A DNA stretch of 64,000 nt, from positions 1 through 64,000 of the IMG/VR virus record IMGVR_UViG_3300025096_000009; one strand, written 5' to 3'. Both the position numbers and the translations under genes were made by a program. This document shows positions 56,598 to 64,000 of this stretch, piece by piece. The notes under the pieces were generated by a model. That model was not told where the DNA came from. It saw only the letters and a list, made by a program, of their open reading frames with translations, and did no database searches. Positions within the stretch are counted from its first letter, which is position 1. Each line of letters starts with the position of its first letter. The stretch comes from a virus.

Positions 56598-56926
56598 CAG
56601 TCATGCTCCACTTCTGGTGGTCTTTCTTTTGGACCTTCTTTCGGTCCTTCTACAAAGCAGTTTTCAATGTTTTGGGCAAATTGCATACTTTGAAATTGTC
56701 CTACGTGTGCTTGTATTCTTGCATGGATGTCAAATGCTGACTTAATAGCGTCTTCTGGACTAATCATTAGCTTTGAGTTAGCAAGTAGACCGGAAGTTAA
56801 GATCGTGATTGCTAATTCCTGAGAATTAATGGTGAAAGCACGGAGAGATTTACCATTATCAGTGAAGGATGATACTAAAAAATCTAGGTGTTCCAGATTT
56901 GGATCAGGGGTGGCATGTTCGGGCAT
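56597..56926 (-). CDS. Hypothetical protein
   Basis: ORF in operon. Confidence 0.55.
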   Translation of the reverse strand: MPEHATPDPNLEHLDFLVSSFTDNGKSLRAFTINSQELAITILTSGLLANSKLMISPEDAIKSAFDIHARIQAHVGQFQSMQFAQNIENCFVEGPKEGPKERPPEVEHD

Positions 56927-56928
56927 AA

Positions 56929-57171
56929 TTAGTCTTCTAAATTGCGAATGTGATATAGAGCGATGGTACTTCTTCTAATTACAGGGGTTAAGAGTCCTTC
57001 GTCTTTAAGGGCATGGATTCGACGTTGAATAGTCCTGTGATTGCGACCAAATTTTTTAACTACTTCCGTTATAGGTATGAGCACTAAGTGATTCCCTTCG
57101 AAATCAGTGGATACTTCTAGGAGGTAGGTATGGATATCCTTGGCCAGATCATCCATGAGATTTGCCATCAT
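56929..57171 (-). CDS. Winged-HTH DNA-binding protein
   Basis: ITEVVKKFGRNHRTIQRRIHALKDEGLL. Confidence 0.7.
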   Translation of the reverse strand: MMANLMDDLAKDIHTYLLEVSTDFEGNHLVLIPITEVVKKFGRNHRTIQRRIHALKDEGLLTPVIRRSTIALYHIRNLED

Positions 57172-57205
57172 TTTTTTCTCGTGTATTTTTGATTCTACGG
57201 TTGTC

Positions 57206-57433
57206 TTACTCTTCTTCTTCTGAACGTTGCTGGTACTTCAGTACGTTATTTTTAGCTGTTTGAAGATCCATGGTCCAACAGTCTTCCCAGTCATAGACTT
57301 TGCTGGGATATTTAAAGAGGACGTGGCCTGTGTTTCCATGTTTTAAACTTTTTATTTCGTAATCAGAGAATATTACTGAATCGAGGATTTCCGATGGTCC
57401 TCCTCGATAGCGGAGTTTTTTCGAATGTCTCAC
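57206..57433 (-). CDS. Hypothetical protein
   Basis: ORF. Confidence 0.5.
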   Translation of the reverse strand: MRHSKKLRYRGGPSEILDSVIFSDYEIKSLKHGNTGHVLFKYPSKVYDWEDCWTMDLQTAKNNVLKYQQRSEEEE

Positions 57434-57475
57434 TGTTGAGCTGCAACAACAAGACTACAATATCTGGCCTAATCT

Positions 57476-57721
57476 TTACCGGTCGTAGAGATCATACTGA
57501 TCTTCAAGACTTCTGTTTGACTGAGCCATTTTGATGGCTTTTTGACTAGGTCTATTAGGTGGAGTCAGATCCCACTTAGACTTTTCGTTTTTCTTTTTTG
57601 CAGAGTTCTCGATGAGGTCGTGCATTCTTTTCCTATGCGGTTCCATTGATTTTAGTAACAGTGAATGTGTAATCACCTTTAGGTTTTTTGTATCTTTATT
57701 AATAATATGGGATTGATACAA
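57476..57721 (-). CDS. Hypothetical protein (start uncertain)
   Basis: ORF. Confidence 0.4.
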   Translation of the reverse strand: MYQSHIINKDTKNLKVITHSLLLKSMEPHRKRMHDLIENSAKKKNEKSKWDLTPPNRPSQKAIKMAQSNRSLEDQYDLYDR

Positions 57722-57737
57722 GTTGCCAATTATTTCT

Positions 57738-58340
57738 TTACACTCCTTTTTTTATTCTCTTTCTCAAGCCATAAATAAGTGAGACTCTTTGGACTAGACG
57801 TGAGGATTCTGGTGCTTCTTTTGGATGATTTGATAGGACTTTTCGGATTTGATCTCGGTCTGGAAGTTCCTCTTGTTTTTGATCAAGTATTGAATTATCG
57901 ATCGCTCTGGAGATTACGGTTCTTTTGTAGAGGCTATATTTTTCTTTCTCGGTACGAGACCATTTATCGAAGTTGTCTACGAGTTTTGATTTGACTGGTC
58001 TGATTGTTGCTTGATACTTGCTTCCAGTAGGTTTTGAGCTTATTAATTGTCTTTCATATGCCATTTTAATAATGTTAATAACATTCTTTCTTTTCTTTTT
58101 CCAGTACTCATAGGTATTTTTGATCTCCCGAGATTCCTTTTCTAGTTGATCTAAGCATTTATCACATTCTTTAATAACACCAATAATGGCGTCAAATTTC
58201 GACTCTTCTCGAGATTTTAGAGCTTGCCAGACTTCTTCTAGCTCAGCTTTTTCTTCTTCATTTAGGTCCGGTAGTTCTAATAGGTAGTCAATTTGTTTGC
58301 CCTGTTCTAAAAGCTGTAGATAGGAGACTGGATCTGCCAT
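57738..58340 (-). CDS. Siphovirus Gp157-like coiled-coil protein
   Basis: KFDAIIGVIKE coiled coil, PDRDQIRKVL. Confidence 0.5.
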   Translation of the reverse strand: MADPVSYLQLLEQGKQIDYLLELPDLNEEEKAELEEVWQALKSREESKFDAIIGVIKECDKCLDQLEKESREIKNTYEYWKKKRKNVINIIKMAYERQLISSKPTGSKYQATIRPVKSKLVDNFDKWSRTEKEKYSLYKRTVISRAIDNSILDQKQEELPDRDQIRKVLSNHPKEAPESSRLVQRVSLIYGLRKRIKKGV

Positions 58341-58457
58341 CTATTTTCCTTGACCTCTATACTTCTTTTTACCTTTCCATGCATAGGAGCCTCTTTTACG
58401 TCTACCATTTCCGATAGAGGTTTTTTTAGGTACACTATCTGAGACTTTCTTAAGCAT
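58341..58457 (-). CDS. 38-aa basic microprotein
   Basis: Hand translation ...PKKTSIGNGRRKRGSYAWKGKKKYRGQGK; type common in marine phages. Confidence 0.6.
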   Translation of the reverse strand: MLKKVSDSVPKKTSIGNGRRKRGSYAWKGKKKYRGQGK

Positions 58458-58544
58458 TCTTTACTAAAAGATGTGCATTAATCTTAGAGTTTGTTCGGGG
58501 TATGTCAATAACCTTAGGTAGACTTAGTAATAGGTCTTTTATTT

Positions 58545-58793
58545 ATGGCATCTTTTCAGCTAATAGAACTTTCCTTTGAGCCCATCGATTTCGAACCTAC
58601 TTTGGAAGATGAGTTCACTATGAAAGCAGTCTCAAATGAGATTGAAGCGGTGGAAGATATTGAACATTTACGTACTGGCGCAATGAATTTATTAAAGATT
58701 TCAATGCATCGTCAGGCTGTTATCCGTGGCCTCTGTAGGAGGTTGGCAGAGCTAGAAACTAAGGGCGTTACTACAACACAACATAGAGATTGA
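58545..58793 (+). CDS. nblA: NblA-like protein 2
   Basis: PTLEDEFTMKAVSNEIEAVEDIEHLRTGAMNLLKISMHRQAVIRGL fits the (S/T)LExxF helix-loop-helix pattern. Confidence 0.5.
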   Translation: MASFQLIELSFEPIDFEPTLEDEFTMKAVSNEIEAVEDIEHLRTGAMNLLKISMHRQAVIRGLCRRLAELETKGVTTTQHRD

Positions 58794-58930
58794 ATCCAAA
58801 AAAACAGCATAAAAAATTGGTCAGATTAACGACCAAAGCAGAGTTATGTCTTTCTAGGAAAGAAGCAAAGAAGATTATTAGTAAAGCCGATAAGGCTCAA
58901 TCTAAGTTATCTTCCTCAGTTAATCCTTGA
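58790..58930 (+). CDS. 46-aa basic protein of picocyanobacterial type
   Basis: Hand translation (TTG) NPKKQHKKLVRLTTKAELCLSRKEAKKIISKADKA. Confidence 0.5.
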   Translation: MNPKKQHKKLVRLTTKAELCLSRKEAKKIISKADKAQSKLSSSVNP

Positions 58931-59034
58931 AGCGAAAGTCCAATTAAGCTCACGATCAAGACAGCAGCCCCTGCTCCTATGGATAGGAACAGAAGCTTTG
59001 TCATGACAACGTATAGAGTTGTTTCTTGAAGCAT
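58897..59034 (-). CDS. 45-aa single-TM protein
   Basis: Hand translation MLQETTLYVVMTKLLFLSIGAGAAVLIVSLIGLSLQG...; directly after the 59035 stop. Confidence 0.45.
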   Translation of the reverse strand: MLQETTLYVVMTKLLFLSIGAGAAVLIVSLIGLSLQGLTEEDNLD

Positions 59035-60081
59035 TTACTTCAGGCCACCAGCGAGTGCACCGGTTTCGTCTCGTTCTCCTATGGATGGAGCAAGGATTGC
59101 TACAGTCCCTTGAGGTTGTAATGCTGGAACTCCATCAGCAATTCCATAAGCACCTGCAAGTTTTGCAGCTTCTTGTGCACTATGCTTATTAATATAATCG
59201 CTTAGAAAATCATCTTTTTGTTGTTGCCAAGCTAACTCCCAATCTTTTTTATGAAGAGTATATTTAAATACCTCTTGTTCTGCTGATTTTCTATCTGTAT
59301 ATTCAGGAGTCAATACACTTTCAACGCCAGCATAAGAATATGTTTTTCCAGTTAGCTCATTTGTATCTTTGATAATTTTAAATCTAGGGCAAAAAGCATA
59401 GATAACGTGTGCTTCTTTGGAGAATTTTGCTGCAGCTCCTAGATCTTGTGCTCTGCTCATACATTTATCCATGTTGTTATAGAATTTTGTTAGAGATTCG
59501 CTAACACTGCGACTTACTGAAGGACTAAGTGTTAGAACAATAGGAACTTCATGTGCTAATTCATTCTCTTTGGTAAGAATGTTAACTAGATATTTCCGTC
59601 TAGTACTATATTTTGATTGTCTTGGATTGGGTTTTGCGTTAGCAGCTGCAATTTTCTCTGCGTTAAATGCGTCTTTTATAGGCTCCATACTGAGATCACC
59701 GACGGTAATATTCATGCTTCTCCCCTTATTGTTTTTAATAGAATTATCAATTACGAGTATTCCAGAGGCATGAATAATTTGGAGACGTGGAGCAACAAAG
59801 CAATGCATTGTTTCTCTATCTCCTCCGTCGAAAATATGTACACGATTCCAATGAACCGTATTTTCTTCAAAATCGTCTTCTTTAGCAGTCCATTTACATC
59901 CTTTTAGATCTGATTCTCTAATAGCAAGATAAGCAAGGTCGTCTCTTGTATCATAAAGAGGCTGTAATGTTCCTAGACCTTGGATACCTTCTCTGTATTC
60001 TGGACTATTGAACATTGCAAAGTCGTCAAAACTGCGTGTTTCAAGAGAAGAGTTGTTTTTAGTTGTTTTAGCTGGGGTCAT
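59035..60081 (-). CDS. DUF5895-like cyanobacterial/phage protein
   Basis: FNSPEY...LQ, PRLQII, RRKYLVNILTKENELAHEVPIVLTL. Confidence 0.5.
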   Translation of the reverse strand: MTPAKTTKNNSSLETRSFDDFAMFNSPEYREGIQGLGTLQPLYDTRDDLAYLAIRESDLKGCKWTAKEDDFEENTVHWNRVHIFDGGDRETMHCFVAPRLQIIHASGILVIDNSIKNNKGRSMNITVGDLSMEPIKDAFNAEKIAAANAKPNPRQSKYSTRRKYLVNILTKENELAHEVPIVLTLSPSVSRSVSESLTKFYNNMDKCMSRAQDLGAAAKFSKEAHVIYAFCPRFKIIKDTNELTGKTYSYAGVESVLTPEYTDRKSAEQEVFKYTLHKKDWELAWQQQKDDFLSDYINKHSAQEAAKLAGAYGIADGVPALQPQGTVAILAPSIGERDETGALAGGLK

Positions 60082-60129
60082 TGCTTGGATGATTAGTGTT
60101 TGTTAAAAGGATAGCGATGTTTGGGATTT

Positions 60130-60849
60130 TTAGAAAGGGATATCATCCTTAGGAGGATTTTTAATATCCACAGGTTTTGCAATTGCTTGTTGATGAGGTG
60201 AGTCAAAAATCTCAGCCTTATCAAAGGATGCAATTGGTGGATTCTTTTCTTCAGTCTTTTGATTCTTACCAAAGAAGGAATACTGAGCAGATCTAACTCT
60301 GATTTTGTAGTTAGTTCTTACATTGCCTTCTTTGTCAGTCCAATGATCAAATTTAAGAGTTCCTCCTAAGGACATTTGTCTACCTACAAAGAGGAATTTC
60401 TTCATACGTCCTGCATCGTCACCCCAGCTTTCAATACGGAAGCCAAGACTGTCTTGCCAATCATGCTTAAGGGTTTTCTGTTTAGGAGCTTGGCACATTA
60501 AGCCAAAGTTAAAGCAGTCTTCTCTGCGTTGTTCTCCTATAAAACCAACTCCACCTGCTAGGTGAACATGATTCAGAGTTGTGCCTTCTTTGATTATCTG
60601 TAGAGGCTGAACTGGGACGATATACATCTTTTGATCTTCATTCGGATAAAGACGTCCATTTATTAGTACGTTTAAACCTTCTGTGAAGGCACCCGGAGCA
60701 CAGCTATCTCCAGCTGCATAACTAGGGATAACGAAGATCGGTATTATAGGAGTTTTTCCAGTACTTGGAATTTCAAAGCGCAGTGTTCGTAGACCTGACT
60801 CCATTGCGGAATCTCCGGTGTACTTGGCGCATGCATTAATAATGTTCAT
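60130..60849 (-). CDS. ssb: Single-stranded DNA-binding protein (tandem OB folds)
   Basis: NHVHLAGGVG, IESWG, GTLKFDHWTDKEG, acidic DDIPF C-terminus. Confidence 0.85.
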   Translation of the reverse strand: MNIINACAKYTGDSAMESGLRTLRFEIPSTGKTPIIPIFVIPSYAAGDSCAPGAFTEGLNVLINGRLYPNEDQKMYIVPVQPLQIIKEGTTLNHVHLAGGVGFIGEQRREDCFNFGLMCQAPKQKTLKHDWQDSLGFRIESWGDDAGRMKKFLFVGRQMSLGGTLKFDHWTDKEGNVRTNYKIRVRSAQYSFFGKNQKTEEKNPPIASFDKAEIFDSPHQQAIAKPVDIKNPPKDDIPF

Positions 60850-60851
60850 AG

Positions 60852-61022
60852 TTAGGCAACTAGGTCAAATTTTTTTTCTAATCGAGATTGGAACTCTCTC
60901 AAGATTGCTTCAATGTTGAAGTTTGCATGATCTCGCAGATCTAGAAAACCTTCTTGGAGCGAGTTTAATTCTTCATCAGACATTTCGGAGAGTGAGTGGT
61001 GCTTTTTGGTTCGTGGTGGCAT
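60852..61022 (-). CDS. 56-aa hypothetical protein
   Basis: Hand translation MPPRTKKHHSLSEMSDEELNSL...ILREFQSRL. Confidence 0.5.
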   Translation of the reverse strand: MPPRTKKHHSLSEMSDEELNSLQEGFLDLRDHANFNIEAILREFQSRLEKKFDLVA

Positions 61023-61093
61023 GAGATATTTTTGTTCATAAGGACTGTACTTGGATAATCTAAAATAAACAAGAGATATTAATTAAAAAAATA

Positions 61094-61516
61094 ATGACTG
61101 AAGGATTTAACAGGGTTGCATCTCTTTTAGACCGATTACCAGGGATGGAGGATGACAAATGGGGAAAGGTAGGACCGATTGGTACTGCACCAATTAGGAA
61201 AAGTGAAATGGAAGGTGTAGAGCCAATTGGTGTTGCACCTTTCGGTGAACGCAAGCTTCAACCAGCACATCCGGGTTTTGGATCGAACTCGATTGTAGCT
61301 CCTCAGCCATTGCCTCTTCCTTACCCCCGTCGTAAACCTGAAGGATTTCCACCTATAGGTAAAGATGGGGGTGAATGGAAAATGGAATGTCGACAGGTAC
61401 CTTCATCAGGACCTTGGGGAAGAGCCCCTGGAAGAACACCTGACTTTAATCCAAGACTACCTGATTATGGTGGAGTGTTTAATCCAACGTTTAATAATGT
61501 CCAATCCAATTACTGA
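61094..61516 (+). CDS. Pro/Gly-rich disordered protein
   Basis: VGPIGTAP/VEPIGVAP repeat; opposite strand to the replication block. Confidence 0.5.
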   Translation: MTEGFNRVASLLDRLPGMEDDKWGKVGPIGTAPIRKSEMEGVEPIGVAPFGERKLQPAHPGFGSNSIVAPQPLPLPYPRRKPEGFPPIGKDGGEWKMECRQVPSSGPWGRAPGRTPDFNPRLPDYGGVFNPTFNNVQSNY

Positions 61517-61820
61517 TTGGTTCTTTAGAGGGCAGAATACACGTATTCCCAATGAGGCTGCTGCTAGTTTAGGCGAGCTTTTTAGGGATGATTGGGCTCA
61601 AAGAGGTAAGTTTGGAAAAGATGGATCTCAAGGTGGTTGGGATTTTACAAGAGGATTTAGACCTGGGGTATCCGCTGATGAAGGAGGATTTACATCCGGC
61701 CCAACTCCATTAGCTCGTCAAGCTGTTTTGCGAAGTTTAAATGCTGTACTTGGTCAAAATAATCCTTTAACTGATCACCCTGATCTACCACCTGGTGAAG
61801 ACGATAATAGGTTTTCTTAA
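61497..61820 (+). CDS. Disordered virion-type protein
   Basis: Start reassigned to MSNPITDW; TDHPDL motif. Confidence 0.5.
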   Translation: MSNPITDWFFRGQNTRIPNEAAASLGELFRDDWAQRGKFGKDGSQGGWDFTRGFRPGVSADEGGFTSGPTPLARQAVLRSLNAVLGQNNPLTDHPDLPPGEDDNRFS

Positions 61821-62137
61821 ATTCTCGGGATTCTATTTAAGGCTGGTGCTAAATCTCTTTCTACAATTGTCTTAGTTTTCTCTGCAATATCGTCCAAGAT
61901 ATTAACGTCAATATCCATGAATGGTGGAATGATACCAAGTATGCGAAGTAGTCCATCAACAAATAGTGCTAAACAAATAAATCCCAAAATCATACTAATA
62001 ATAGTGGCCTTGAAATTATGCTCTGCCATTGAAGCTTCATCAATTGCTCTAGCTTCTTCAAGAGCAGCTGCAACCATGGCATCTACTTCACCTTTGGTGT
62101 AAAAGTCACCTATAAAAGGTATGTCGTGCTTGTCCAT
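61817..62137 (-). CDS. Picocyanobacterial-type membrane protein
   Basis: HNFKATIISMILGFICLALFVDGLLRILGIIPPFM. Confidence 0.6.
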   Translation of the reverse strand: MDKHDIPFIGDFYTKGEVDAMVAAALEEARAIDEASMAEHNFKATIISMILGFICLALFVDGLLRILGIIPPFMDIDVNILDDIAEKTKTIVERDLAPALNRIPRI

Positions 62138-62287
62138 ATTATTTCTTTATATTTTTTTGAGAACTTTTACTCATGACTTTTTTACCTCTTTAACGATAAA
62201 GTGTTGAGATGAACACACATGATCCAGTCGAAACTTACTTTGAATGCATTTCTCATTGTTACATAGACGATGAGGAAGAAAAATGTC

Positions 62288-62467
62288 TCAACGTTTGCGT
62301 GGAGCGTCTGAAGGAGGATCAAATCGGAGTACACCCTGTTTGATTGTCTCTGACATTTCTCTATAGCCAGTTCCAACATAAATTTGTCCAGCTACTACGG
62401 AAGCTGACATAATGCTCCAAAAGATGTAGTACCAAGAAGATTTGACTTGGTGCTTCTTTTTTTTCAT
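62288..62467 (-). CDS. Small membrane protein
   Basis: MKKKKHQVKSSWYYIFW...GQIYVG; TAATG coupling with the polA stop. Confidence 0.55.
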   Translation of the reverse strand: MKKKKHQVKSSWYYIFWSIMSASVVAGQIYVGTGYREMSETIKQGVLRFDPPSDAPRKR

Positions 62468-64000
62468 TAGTGAGTCTCCATCCAATTTTTACCTTCTTTA
62501 GCTTCACCAGTTAGAGGGCATTTCAAGTTGTAATACTCTCCAGCTTTACGGAATGAGTCAATCGCTAAGCTTTTATAAAGGTCTTCAAACTGGGGCTTAA
62601 CAAGAGATTGAATCTCATCATGGATGTGAGCAACAAAGGCAAAGTGACAAGCCCATCTTAAACCGGCTTCGTACAAATCTTTGTATAGGATACATGTAGC
62701 TTTTTTAACTGCAATAGCACCGGTTGATTGCAATAACTGGTTTAATGCGGAATGTCGTGATCTGATTTGTAGATGTCTACCATCTATCCCAGTTAAATAT
62801 CCTCGTTGTGTGACACGTTCATCAACTTTGTCTTTTAGTTGTTTAATAGCAGGAAGATTTTTATAGAAAGTATTGATAGTTTCATAACCTAATTCTTTTT
62901 GTTTATGTTCACTTAAAGAGACATCTAATATAGAACCTAACTTCTGGGCCCCGGCTCCATAAAGTACCGCATAAATCATAGTCTTCGCAAGCTCTCTCGT
63001 CTTTTTATCTATTTTTCCTTTACCATCAAATATGCCAAATAGTTTTGCATTATGGGTATGAATATCAAAGTCATCAGTACTAACTAACTTCGCATATTCT
63101 CCTTCATCAAAGTAAGCTAATTGGGCACCTAGACCACGCAGTTCTAAACCACTAGCATCGGCTCCTATTAGTAGCCAACCTGGTGTTGCATAGAATAGGG
63201 CTCTACATTCTGCGCCATATTGGTGACCAACTCTCGGAATTTGAGCCATATTGGGACCTCGATGGCTACATCTACCGCTGACACAGGCATTTGTAATAAC
63301 TGATCCATGTATTCGTCCATCTTTATATTTTTGACTATGCTTCAACCATGCTTCCTTGCCTTCTGCAATTTGGCCTAATCTTTTGTTGAGTAATTGATAT
63401 TCAGCTAGAAGAGCAGCTTCTGGATATTTTTTACCCAAGATCTCCAAGACGTCATCATCGACCTTAACATTCCCTTTTTCCGTCTTGTTGAATCGTATCT
63501 CAGGGTATTTCTCCCGTAGTCGCTCGGCAGTCTGCTTCCTTGAAGCGGGATTAAACGTTGTGACTTTGTCCTTAAGTCGCTTCCCCGTTTTCGTCGAAAT
63601 ACGTTCTTCCGTAATGGGAGGGAAAACCTTTTGTAGCTGTTCATCAATCTCCGTATGTCGTGTTTTAAGAGTGTTAACCAGAGCGAACGCTGCCTTTTCG
63701 TCAAAAGGAAATCCATAATCCTCTTGCAAGGTCATAAGGATGGCGAAGGAGTGTTCTAGCTCGTAGCATCGTGGGTCTAGTTCCTGAGCGTTGAGGTAAT
63801 TGTAGAGTTCTAATGAGACTAGGGTGTCATTTTCACAATACGTTTGCATTTCAGGAGTCCACTTATCCCACTTGTCAGCTCCAGCCTCTACTGGAAAATC
63901 AGATTTATTGACATTCAGTCTTGCACCCCATGCACCTAGAGAATGCTTACCTTTATATTTAGCTTCAATATGAGAGAACTTTTGCTCATCTACTGGCTCT
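62467..64000 (-). CDS. polA: Family A DNA polymerase, T7-like, 5' part beyond window
   Basis: Frame open to the window end (HSLGAWG, ExoIII YCEND); motif A DASGLELR, motif B RELAKTMIYAVLYG, motif C HDEIQ. Confidence 0.95.
   Translation of the reverse strand, partial: EPVDEQKFSHIEAKYKGKHSLGAWGARLNVNKSDFPVEAGADKWDKWTPEMQTYCENDTLVSLELYNYLNAQELDPRCYELEHSFAILMTLQEDYGFPFDEKAAFALVNTLKTRHTEIDEQLQKVFPPITEERISTKTGKRLKDKVTTFNPASRKQTAERLREKYPEIRFNKTEKGNVKVDDDVLEILGKKYPEAALLAEYQLLNKRLGQIAEGKEAWLKHSQKYKDGRIHGSVITNACVSGRCSHRGPNMAQIPRVGHQYGAECRALFYATPGWLLIGADASGLELRGLGAQLAYFDEGEYAKLVSTDDFDIHTHNAKLFGIFDGKGKIDKKTRELAKTMIYAVLYGAGAQKLGSILDVSLSEHKQKELGYETINTFYKNLPAIKQLKDKVDERVTQRGYLTGIDGRHLQIRSRHSALNQLLQSTGAIAVKKATCILYKDLYEAGLRWACHFAFVAHIHDEIQSLVKPQFEDLYKSLAIDSFRKAGEYYNLKCPLTGEAKEGKNWMETH

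Noticed and set aside
61365-61496. Long overlap of the two plus-strand ORFs
   Set aside because: ATG 61497 (MSNPITDW) is the more plausible start
1-64000. tRNA/rRNA genes, integrase, psbA/psbD, sheath or tape-measure genes
   Set aside because: None recognised by eye; a tRNAscan-SE/HMM search is needed to exclude them

Overview
AT-rich 64-kb segment of a tailed dsDNA cyanophage, most likely infecting marine Prochlorococcus/Synechococcus (hli, two nblA-like genes, picocyanobacterial small-protein families). No tail sheath, tape measure, phage RNA polymerase or integrase is recognisable in the window. Layout: (1) 1-1161, leftward genes (kinase, GP88-like) followed by a non-coding control region with cyanobacterial LexA-like boxes; (2) 1858-9804, disordered, Gly-zipper and hendecad-repeat proteins (probable internal/ejection proteins); (3) 9801-18794, terminase, portal, scaffold, major capsid and head proteins; (4) 18810-32323, virion proteins and fibres; (5) 32355-47422, accessory region (exported-protein cassette, enzyme homologs lacking catalytic residues, 2OG-Fe oxygenase, NblA-like, origin-like repeats); (6) 47479-51759, two more fibres; (7) 51761-64000, mostly leftward host-derived and replication genes (hli, SET, OMP, prim-pol/SF3 helicase, exonuclease, SSB, T7-type PolA running off the end). 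Most notable: a nucleotide-invariant core (CCGTAGAACT) separating variable in-frame modules in two fibre genes 18 kb apart, plus DNA anchors flanking two fibre-tip domains (candidate fibre module-shuffling system); extensive overprinting (521-nt portal/scaffold overlap, candidate nested genes in terL and polA); a short xK(A/V/G)xxF(L/I) motif shared by many unrelated disordered proteins; four apparent pseudoenzymes. All calls come from motif recognition and hand counts; no database search was run.
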